From Octopus bimaculoides (taxonomy: Eukaryota), in NCBI RefSeq assembly GCF_001194135.2, contig NC_068994.1:50957328-51021327 (forward strand): 64,000 nt of DNA. The letters are read 5' to 3'. This document shows, in pieces, positions 51,443 through 63,400 of the stretch. The position numbers were made by a program, and so were the translations under genes. Numbering within the stretch: position 1 is the stretch's first letter; each line of letters opens with the position of its first letter. Below the pieces are notes generated by a model that was given only the letters and a program-made list of their open reading frames with translations, did no database searches and had not been told where the DNA came from.

Positions 51443-54400
51443 GTGTATATGTATATATGACAAATATATTGTGACAGGCTCACTCAAAATTAAGATGTCA
51501 GTCAAAGACACAGAATCAGTCACCACCCCCTACCGCCACCACTGCCATCTCCCCACCCCTCCATTCCATCATCAACAACAAATTCTCCAGTTCCACTTTC
51601 CCCACCAGGACACACACACACACACACACCAGCCGACCGACAGACTGACTGACAAGAGACAAAAGCCAGCAACCCAGTGTTATGATATCAGGAGAGAATA
51701 CATTATAATACAGCTCGAGTGTTTTTAGACTCACTATTGATTTTTTAATTGGACTTATTCACAGTTCCTTCAGATAATAGTTGTTGCCATGGTAATTGGA
51801 AAATATAAAATAAAAATGGGGGGGAGTGGGTAGGATAGGGTAGGGTGGAGTGTGTAGTTTGATGTTAGTACTGTTGTGTAGTATAGAACAGTGTGGCACT
51901 GGTGCAGTGCCGTGTGACATAGAACGGTGTGTTATGGTACTGCACAACAAAACGTGGTATGGAGTGGTGTTTGCTGTGGTATGGTGTAGTGTATTTATTA
52001 CTGTGTATTACTGGAGCTATACTGTTTGATGCCTGGAGTGGTGATATGCCGTACAGAACAGTGTGGTGTGGTGCATGTAGTAAATGTGGAATGGAGTGTT
52101 GTGGTCATCATCATCATCGTTTAACGTCCACTTTCCATGCTAGCATGGGTTGGACGATTTGACTGAGGACTGGTGAACCAGATGGCTACACCAGGCTCCA
52201 ATCTGATTTGGCAGAGTTTCTACAGCTGGATGCCCTTCCTAACGCCAACCACTCAGAGAGTGTACTGGGTGCTTTTATGTGCCACTGGCACGAAGGCCAG
52301 TCAGGAGGTACTGGCAACAGCCACGCTCGAAATGGTGTATTTTACATGCCACCTGCACAAGGGCTAGCCCAGCGGTACTGGCAATGAACTCGCTCGAATG
52401 TCTTTTCACATGCCACTGGCACAAGTGCCAGGAAGGCGACGTTGGTAATGGTCACGCTCAAATGGTGCTATTTACGTGCCACCGGCACAAAAGCCAGTGA
52501 TTTACCAGTACTGGTGCCATCACGACTTCGCTTGCCCCAACAGGTCTTCGCAAGCCGAGTTTAGTGTTCAATGAAGACGTTGGCATGGGTGCCAGTCTAC
52601 AAATTTAGTTCAATTTCGATTTCACTTGCCTCAACAGGTCTTCACAAGCAGAGTTTAGTGTCCAAAGAAGGAATGTTACGCATAAGTGGGCTTGATAAAT
52701 AGGAGGGGGCTGAGGACTGAACCTTGGTGGACCCCTACCTCTACCCGGAATTCTTCACTGTACTCATTGCCAACCCTCACCTTACTGACAGCGTCTCTGT
52801 ACATGGCTTGCACAGCTCTCACTAACCATTCTTCTATCCCTAGTTTCCTCATTGACCACCAGATAAGGGATCGGGGGACCCTGTCAAAGGCTTTCTCCAT
52901 GTCAACGAAAGCCAGGTACAGAGGTTTATCCTTGGCTAGGTATTTCTCCTGCAGCTGTCTTACCAGAAATATAACATCAGTGCTGATAGTAAGAAAAAAA
53001 AGTTGAAAGATTTTACCTAAATTCGTTGCAGTCTAATGAAGTTGTGTCCTCCAGTTTGTTGATGAGGTCATCTTCATCTTTATCATCACTGTCATTGTTA
53101 TCTTCACTCTTCTTGCTTTTGTTTCTCAAAGTCTTTGTCATCTGATTGCTGTCCCTGATCAACAGCCAGCTCAACTTCAATGGTTTCACGTTTTCACTAA
53201 AGAAGACACAGAAAGAAATTCAAACAACTATTTAATGATTTGAAACACAGCAAATACAATAAGACAGTGCATGAACCAATGAGGGAACCTCTATGTGGTT
53301 GCTCAACATGCTAGAAATAACAATCATAGCTCCTTCAACTTACACCCACATCACATTCCTAAAAAATAAATACAGGCATGGCCCTGTAGTAAGAAGCTTG
53401 CTTCCCAATTATGTAGTTCTGGGTTCAGTCCAGCTGCCTGGCACCACGGGCAAGCATCTTCTGCTATAGCCTTGGGTCAACCAAAGCCTTGTGAGTGGAT
53501 TTGGTAGACGGAAACTGAAAGAAACCAGTTGTATGTATATCTATATCTATGTATGTGTGTCTTTGTATCTGTTTGTCTTCCATCATTGCTTGACAACTGG
53601 TGTTGGTATGTTTACATCTCTGTAACTTAGCAGTTTGGCAAAAGAGACCGATAGAATAATTCCTGGGGTCGATTTGTTCAACTAAAAAAAACCCAGCATG
53701 GCCAAAATCTAATAACTGAAACAAGTAAAAGATATTTGTTATTAGACTTATGTGATGTATGCCACCATCATTTTATATTTAGTTTTCCATATTGGAACCA
53801 GCTGGATGAGTTGATTTCAAAATCAGCAATCCTCTACTTGTTGCAATCTTTAATCATCCCCTTTGTGATAAATACCAAGCATTACAAGAAAAAAAAGGTC
53901 CTGGGGTCAATTTTAATGACTAAACCCTTCAAAGCTGTGCCCCAGCATGGCCATAGTCCAATGACTGAAACAAACAAAAGATAAAAGAAACTCAGAACTT
54001 GAAACTAGGGGTATATTTACCTTTGTGCCTGTTCACTGATCCGTAAAAGACCCTGTGGACAGGTAGATATTTGGAAAGGTGGCAGGAACACCACAGACTC
54101 TGTAAAAAGAGAGAAACAGACAGATAAGCATTAATGGTGCCATCAGTATCATCATCATCATCGTTTAACGTCCGCTTTCCATGCTAGCATGGGTTGGACG
54201 ATTTGACTGAGGACTGGTGAAACCGGATGGCAACACCAGGCTCCAATCTAATTTGGCAGAGTTTCTACAGCTGGATGCCCTTCCTAACGCCAACCACTCA
54301 GAGAGTGTAGTGGGTGCTTTTACGTGTCACCCGCACGAAAACGGCCACGCTCGAAATGGTGTCTTTTATGTGCCNNNNNNNNNNNNNNNNNNNNNNNNNN

Positions 54401-56487
54401 NNNNNNNNNNNNNNNNNNNNNNNNNNNNNNNNNNNNNNNNNNNNNNNNNNNNNNNNNNNNNNNNNNNNNNNNNNNNNNNNNNNNNNNNNNNNNNNNNNNN
54501 NNNNNNNNNNNNNNNNNNNNNNNNNNNNNNNNNNNNNNNNNNNNNNNNNNNNNNNNNNNNNNNNNNNNNNNNNNNNNNNNNNNNNNNNNNNNNNNNNNNN
54601 NNNNNNNNNNNNNNNNNNNNNNNNNNNNNNNNNNNNNNNNNNNNNNNNNNNNNNNNNNNNNNNNNNNNNNNNNNNNNNNNNNNNNNNNNNNNNNNNNNNN
54701 NNNNNNNNNNNNNNNNNNNNNNNNNNNNNNNNNNNNNNNNNNNNNNNNNNNNNNNNNNNNNNNNNNNNNNNNNNNNNNNNNNNNNNNNNNNNNNNNNNNN
54801 NNNNNNNNNNNNNNNNNNNNNNNNNNNNNNNNNNNNNNNNNNNNNNNNNNNNNNNNNNNNNNNNNNNNNNNNNNNNNNNNNNNNNNNNNNNNNNNNNNNN
54901 NNNNNNNNNNNNNNNNNNNNNNATGCCAGGTGAAATACTTAGCGGTATTTCGTCTGCCATTACATTCTGAGTTCAAGTCCTGCTGAGGTCGACTTTGCTG
55001 TTCATCCTTTCGGAGTCAATAAATTAAGTACCAGTTGCATACTGGGGTCGATCTTATTGACTGGTTAAAAAAAAGAAGAAAAAAAAAGCCAAACCTAGCA
55101 GAATTGTTAGTGTGCCAGGGGACATGCTTAGCGGTATTTCACCTGTCGCTACTTTCTGAGTTCAAATTCTGCCGAGGTTGACTTTGCCTTTCATCCTTTC
55201 AGGATCAATAAATTAAGTACCAGTGATACACTGGAGTTGATGTAACCAACTAGTCCCCTCCCTTAAAAAAATTTCAAGCTTTGAGCCTATAATAGAAAGG
55301 ATTATTATTATTATTAAAGCAGTGAGCTGATAGAATCGTCAACATGCTGTGCAAAATGCTTAGAGGCATTTCATCCATCATTATGTTTTGAGTTCAAATT
55401 CTGCTGAGGTCAATTTTGCTGTTCATTCTTTGTGGGGTTGATATACTAAGTACCAGTCAAACACTGGGGTTGTCAATGATATCAATTCACCCCTCGCCTA
55501 AAATTGTTGGCTTTGTGCAAAATGTTGAAAGCATTATTATTAGCATTATGTTGGCTGGCAGAAGTGGACTAGGATATGGCCTAGTTACTCATAGAGTTAA
55601 GTAGGTTCTCCAAGGAGGTGTCATACACAATGACTGGTAATAGCAGCATTATTGTCATCTGTGACAAAGGTTAAGACGAAAAGAGAAATAAAGACTTACT
55701 GGTATTTGAGGGTTCAACAGTGGCTAAAGTAAGGACAGCATAGAGGAAGTTCATGACCTCTGGTATATATCTTTTAGACATGGAGACACACTGCAAGAAC
55801 AGAGAGAACATAGACCAATCAGAAACGATGCTATAATCAGCAAATTGACATAAACAACCAGATCCTCTAATGAGATTTAATCTTTTAGCATTCAGATTAC
55901 TGTGAAACACAATGTTTACTTATTCAGATTGCTTTTAATTAATCATGCATTATCTCATAGCTTTGAGATTTTGATAATGTGATAGTTTAATTTTTAAAAT
56001 GACATTGTAAGGTAAGTATGAGAGGTTGAATCTGGCCAGTTTCAACATAAGACATGTAGAGTATTTTGGCCCGATACAGCCTGTTTAAATACTAAAAGAT
56101 TGAACAACATATATATTACTTGGCAGGCAACTGAGTTATTGATTACCCTTCAAATCAGATTCTATAATTTATGATATAAGATGATACAATTTGTAACAAA
56201 AATCTCTGCTTACCTGTAATAGTATAGTACTGATAAATAAACCAGCAGCTACATCTCTCTCACATGAAATCAGACACTGGAAATAAAGTATTTGAGATAT
56301 TAGAAAAAATGTAAGCTGTGATCATAAAAATAACAATCCTTTCTACGATAGGCACTACAAGGCCAGAAATTTTGGAAGTGGTGGCTAGTTGATTACATCG
56401 AACCCTCTGCTAGACTAGTACTTATTTTATTGACCCAAAAATTTTGAACCCAACCCTGGGTTCTCATTCCTAAGGTATTTTTGCTGA

Positions 56488-56526
<39 letters not shown>

Positions 56527-59500
56527 GTGTAAGTATCTTGAGAGAAAAGCTGAACATTAGAAGCATCAGTTGTGGTGTGCAAGAGAGACGATTGCGCTGG
56601 TATGGACATGTGGTGAGAATGGATGAGGATAGCTGCGTGAAAAAGTGCCACACCCTAACAGTTGAGGGAACCCGTGGAAGAGGTAGGCCCAGGAAGACCT
56701 GGGCTGAGGTGGTGAGGCAAGACCTTCGTACATTGGGCCTCACCGAGGCGATGACTACTGACCGAGACCTTTGGAAATNNNNNNNNNNNNNNNNNNNNNN
56801 NNNNNNNNNNNNNNNNNNNNNNNNNNNNNNNNNNNNNNNNNNNNNNNNNNNNNNNNNNNNNNNNNNNNNNNNNNNNNNNNNNNNNNNNNNNNNNNNNNNN
56901 NNNNNNNNNNNNNNNNNNNNNNNNNNNNNNNNNNNNNNNNNNNNNNNNNNNNNNNNNNNNNNNNNNNNNNNNNNNNNNNNNNNNNNNNNNNNNNNNNNNN
57001 NNNNNNNNNNNNNNNNNNNNNNNNNNNNNNNNNNNNNNNNNNNNNNNNNNNNNNNNNNNNNNNNNNNNNNNNNNNNNNNNNNNNNNNNNNNNNNNNNNNN
57101 NNNNNNNNNNNNNNNNNNNNNNNNNNNNNNNNNNNNNNNNNNNNNNNNNNNNNNNNNNNNNNNNNNNNNNNNNNNNNNNNNNNNNNNNNATCGTCCAACC
57201 CATGCTAGCATGGAAAGCGGACGTTAAACGATGATGATGATGATTAATAGGAGAAAGGGCTCTATACCCCTTTCTTATTTTTTTCTGACCAGGCTCCCGT
57301 GGCTTTGTGGGTTTTTCCACGTGTAACCTTTCCTTTTTCGAAGCGCCTCCCCCTTCGGGGGCTTCTACTTATTTATTTATCTATTTATTCATTATATCTT
57401 TCTCCGTTTAGACGAACTTTCCTTCCTTTTCGGACAAAACCTTTTGCAACCTTCATCTTGTCTTTGTCCTTATATGTTTTTGATTGATATTAGCCCTTGT
57501 GGCCAATAAAACGAATTAATTATTATTATTATTACTACTATTTATTCCACTAGGACACCAGATGAAGGGTGGAGAGTAAATCAGCCGAAACGTTGTGGTA
57601 ACAACAAAGAAGATGAGGACACGTATCCGTCCAATGGAAATAATGAACAGAATTCCTCATCTCTAAAATATGGAACAGTCAAAGCAACAAAGTCGGGAAG
57701 CAAGTTTCTTAAGCACACAATCACACCTGCACCAATTTAGAAGTAAAAAGTTTTGCAAAATGTTTTCCATCTAAGTAGATGTTGAATAACATATATAAAG
57801 TAAATGAATAAATAAATGAAACACTCACCTGAGAAAGTATCTGTGACATGAAAATCATGGCTGGGGTGCAAACAAAATGTCGGAAATCAGAAGCTGGATA
57901 TAGGATTGGAATCAACTTCAACAGCAACAACTAGATCAAAATGAAAATAAGCACTGCATTCAAGGATGGCACAAAAAAAGGGGTGGCGGCGATGGTGGAA
58001 ATAAACTCTGTTGTCTGTACATTTTACTGTTTCATAGTTTCAATCACCCGTCTGAATGACATATCACTGCTGTAGCTTAAACATAAGTCATTTCTACTCT
58101 TCTTCCATAAACATTCTACAGTGGGACATCGGTTTAGAAATTTAATTCATTCCTGAAGGCCATTTGTCACCCATAATGCTTGTAAATCAAAACTATTTTT
58201 TCCCATAGGATATTCAAGAGAAAGCAAGGCAAATTTGATCAAGGATGTATACTGAATAAAAGCTCAACAGTAACTAGTGCTGTGTTGCTGATATTCTCAG
58301 CTTGTCACCAAATGTTGTTGTTGCTGGTTTTTGCATATTTGTTACTTGAGACACCACTTCTCACCTGAGATGTTTTATGCTCATAAAATTATTTGTAAAC
58401 TGATTTGTTCCTGATGTCAGGTGTTCATAAATGGCGGTTCAACTGCATTGTTTAAAATAAGAATCACATTAGCCACTATCGAGGAACTTCCATAAAGTCA
58501 CTAAGCCTGCTTTAAGTATTAGTTAAATCCATCTCTACAAGCAGCAGCCATTCTCCTTAAAATGACCACCACTGCAAACTAGCAAGATAGATTCAACATA
58601 AGGCGCAGGCATGGCTGTGTAGTAAAAAGCTTGCTTCCCAACCTCATGGTTCTGGGTTCAGTTCCACTGTATGGCACCTTTGGCAAGTGTCTTCTACTAT
58701 AGCCTCAGGTCAACTAAAGCCTTGTGAGTGGATTTGGTAGATGGAGACTGAAAAAAGCCCATTGTGTGTGTGTGTGTATTTATGTGTATCTTTTATTGTC
58801 CCCGGATGTTTGAAAGGCAAAACTGACCTCAGCAAGATTTGAACTAAGAATATAAAAAGTCAGAAGAAATACCAGGAGTCATTTTCCTCAAAGCTTCAAT
58901 GATTTTGTAAGCCCACGATACTTTTTATTTCTTTAAATTTCCTTTCAGAATAAACAACACCATCCAAAGCAGAGTTATGACCCTTGCAAACAATTGTAAT
59001 GAAATTAACCAACTTTAGAATAGTTGCATGTAGTTCTCTGCTGTAGGAGATAAATGGTTGGCATGGGGAAGGGCACCACCTCTAAAGGAGAATCATGATG
59101 ATTGAGGAGCTTGCAAGGTTACCCACCTGCCCTCTTAGCAGTTAGTAGTCCTGCTAGAAACAGCAGCAAAATATCAGTACTGTCTTAGAAAAAGGAAGGA
59201 CACACTGAAGTGAGTGCTACTAAGATACTTTGAGGTTGAAACAAGAGAAGGTCTCATTTGGAATGTATTTCATCATATGTTACCTTAGGACAACAACAAA
59301 AACATTTTCTGAGAGCCAATGAGATAGATTCTACAGTCACGTGATCTATGTGTGCATATGTGTATATATAGGAGGATGAAATGATCACACTGGAAGCTGG
59401 AATAGCTCTGATCATAGATCAACTCAATCCAGATTAATCGAACGAGAAAGAAGAACAATTTTAAAATCTTACCGTATCAAGACCAGGGAAGGTCTTCCCA

Positions 59501-60159
59501 AGCGCTGACTGGTGGGCTTTGATTGCTGCCAACACAGCTGTAGCAGCAGGTTGTGAGGAGAACTGTGCTAACTGGAACAGTTTAACAACCAGTCGATCCA
59601 CAAGCCATAGATTTACTTCTTGGTGCTTACACACATCCATGTAGAAGGTCAGGACAAATGTGAACAGTTTCTGTAGAATCAAACACAAAGGGATTACATG
59701 TATGTATGCGCATGCATGTGTGTGTGTTTCTTCGCTCTTTTTAAATTTATTTATTAGAATTCTTCGTAGAAGAAAGGAATTGGCTTCTAACAGAGAAACA
59801 AAAGCTCCATCACTGGAATTTGGATAATGACAATAATAGCACATGAAAAGTACCATCCAAACATGGCCAATGACACTACCGCTTTGACTGGCTTCTTCTG
59901 TGCCAGTTGCACGTAAAAAGCACCATCCGATCGTGGTCGATGCCAGCTCCTCTGGCCCCTGTGCTGGTGGCATGTAAAAAGCACCCACTACACTCTTGGA
60001 GCGGTTGGCGTTAGAAAAGGCATCCAGCTGTAGAAACCTTGCCAGATCAGATTGGTGCCTGGTGCAGCCTCCTGGCTTCCCAGACCTCAGCTGAACCGTC
60101 CAACCCATGCCAGCATGGAAAATGGATGTTAAACGATGATGATGGTGATGATGCTATAT

Positions 60160-60191
<32 letters not shown>

Positions 60192-60421
60192 NNNNNNNNN
60201 NNNNNNNNNNNNNNNNNNNNNNNNNNNNNNNNNNNNNNNNNNNNNNNNNNNNNNNNNNNNNNNNNNNNNNNNNNNNNNNNNNNNNNNNNNNNNNNNNNNN
60301 NNNNNNNNNNNNNNNNNNNNNNNNNNNNNNNNNNNNNNNNNNNNNNNNNNNNNNNNNNNNNNNNNNNNNNNCGTTTAATGGAAAGCGGACGTTAAACGAT
60401 GATGATGATGATGATGATGAA

Positions 60422-60459
<38 letters not shown>

Positions 60460-63400
60460 AAAGAGAGAAAAACAAAAGGAGGATGCAACACAAGCAAAGT
60501 ATTAATACGATGCTTGGAGAAGGAAAAGAGTAGTTGCTTTACGTTTCGAGCATAGCTCTTCTTCGGAAACAGGAAAACAGGAATGTCCAAAAGGAAAAGA
60601 AGGAAGAAAGAGGAAAGTAAAATCGCCAATAATCCATGCGCAGTTACACACACACAGACAAGTAAGTATGTATGTGTGTACATATGTATTTAGGTAGATA
60701 GATAGATGGATGGATAAGAGTGAAGAATATGTGTGTGAGTGTTTTTTTTTGTAACATACCTCGAGCTTTGTCTTGTTACCATCACCTAAACTGGGATGGT
60801 TGCACTTCACCATCCGCTCAATGATGGTAATTTGGTCATTTGCAGAACGACCATCTAGTTCTGTCTTGAGTGCTTCATATGATTTTGGTACTGAAATTGA
60901 GAACAACATATAGTCAAGCAAAGCAATTAATAAGATGCACCATGGAGGACCACACTTTATAAGTTCCTAACAGAAAGAACATCTCTCGTTAGTTAGACTA
61001 GAATTAGCTACACATTTCACACAAGCATACACCTACAGATTCATATGTACATATACACAAACACACACACTGAGCTTCCATACAGTTTCTTATTTCTTTA
61101 CTGCCCACACGGGGGCTACACACAGAGGGGACAAACAAACGGATTAAAACGATTATATCGACCCTAATGTGTAACTGGTACTTGTTTAATCGACCCCAAA
61201 AGGATGAAAGGTAAAGTCGACCTTGGCAGAATTTGAACTTGTAATGTAGTGGCAGACGAAATACCGCTAAGCACTTCGCCCGGTGTGCTAACGTTTCTGC
61301 CAGCTCGCTGCCTTCTATACAGAAGAAAAGGAAAATAAAAGAAAGACTGTAAAGAGGCTTAAAATTTGCTTCTCAACCACATGGCTCCAGGTTCAGCCCC
61401 ACTGCATGGCACCTTTAGCAAGTGTCTTCTACTATAGCCTCAGGCCAACCAAAACCTTGTGAGTGGATTTGGTAGATGGAAACTGAAAGAAGCCTGTCAT
61501 ATATGTATATATGCCTATGTGTGCATGTATTTGTGCCTGTGTTTGTCCTCCAACTACTGCTGGGGTTGATTCATTCAAAATTCTCCAAGGTGGTGCCCCA
61601 GCATAGCCACAATCTAATAACTGAAATATAAAGGTTGATATCTTAGTAAATTTACCTTTGAATACAAATGGTAGTTCTTTCTTGGCCTTTTCTGATATTT
61701 CTGACATTTTCTGAAAACGAATAAATCAGAAGATCAATAGTTATTGCAACAACAGGATAGAACATGGTATCTGAAAGGATGAAAGTCAATGTCGACCTTG
61801 GCAAAATTTGAACTCAGAACATGGAGACAGATGAAATGCCACTAAGCATCTTGCCTAGCATGCTACCAATTCTACCAGCTCGCCGCCTTAATAACAATAA
61901 TAATAATAAATGCCCGGATGCAGTACCAAGCACTGGCTCTCGTGGTTTCTGATCTGAATTGATTGGAAGTGTTATCATGTACATTGTTTTGTCTTGGTAT
62001 AAAAAGATGGGCTACAGCAAATATTCTGCTTAATACCACAGATTTACTTGTCAGTTGTTTGACCATAACCAGTTGAGCATGTCCCTTGGTGGCTGATGAT
62101 ATGTACATCTCTGATCATGAGCAGAAGTAGTGGGGGAGCATCATAGCCATATTCTTTGGGGTTTGAATAATTCACCTCTGGAAACATGGGTGTTTCGTTC
62201 AACATCTTTAAACAACTTTTATTCAAGGACCTTTTGAGCAGGATGGGCTACTCGACCTGAAGAAAATTCTAACTCGGTCCCACCTGCGAGGTCATGCGCT
62301 GTTTATCTTGATATGCGATCACCATGTTGTGCACATATGGTCGTGATGCATGTGCCTGGCGTACCCTTATCAGACGGGGAGTCACGGTGGTTATATTGGG
62401 CTTTGGATATTTGTACCCAGGTGTCACTTTGATGGTAAGTGCTGCTCTTATTGAATAATAATAATAATGATGATGATAAATCAGTGAATTCTGTTAAGGT
62501 GCTACAAAAAAGGAATGATCAAATCTACCAGTTTCACATCAGTTTTGTCAGTGCTAATTCTTACCTTGGCATCAGCTTCTTCATCATCTTCATCTTTTTT
62601 GTCAGTCATACGATCCTCATTTTTCTCACTGTTTCCAGCTACCTCCTTTGATTTGTCTGCTTTCGCATTATCGTCACCATCCTTCTTGTCGTCGTCGTCA
62701 TCATCATCATCATCATCTATAAATTTGAACAGAAAAATTAAACAAAATATTTATCATTAAATAAATTTATTTATTTGTATCTTACATGTTAATTAAAGTG
62801 GAGGCAAACGGCTTAGTGATTATGATCATGCACTCATGATCATAAGATTGTGGTTTCAATTCTTGGATCAGGCAGATGTTCTATGAAGTGTCCTTGAGCA
62901 AAACACTTCATTTTGTGTTGCTCCATTCTACTCGGCTGGTAAAAATGAGTAACCCTGCGATGGACCAGAGTCTCATCCAGGAGGAAAATACATACACCAC
63001 AGAATCTGGAAAACAAGCCCTATGAGTTTGTATGACTCAGAAGAGAGTATTATATTACAAGAGGGAAGCTGTGGAAGTTCTAATCAAATACTAAGGTTGA
63101 CGTCTTTGATTATATCCTGGCCTGAGGAACCCCAATTTTGTCAGAATCATACCAAACTACAGATTTCAAATCTTGCCCCAGCATGGCCACAGTTCAATGA
63201 CTGAAAACTGGTACAAGAATAGAACAACGTGTAATAGAAAGTAAAAAAAAAAGTCTCATTAAAGTGAAACTTACCGGAATAGTGTTTAATACTATCCTTT
63301 TCATCATCATCTTCATCATCACTCCCGTCGTCGTCATCATCATCCTCATCGTCATCTTCATCATCGTTATCTTCATCATCTTCCTTCTCTTCTTCATCAT

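Noticed and set aside
62093-62130. CTGATGA core-like motif in an interspersed repeat
   Set aside because: No GAAA follows a stem II, so it is not a hammerhead.
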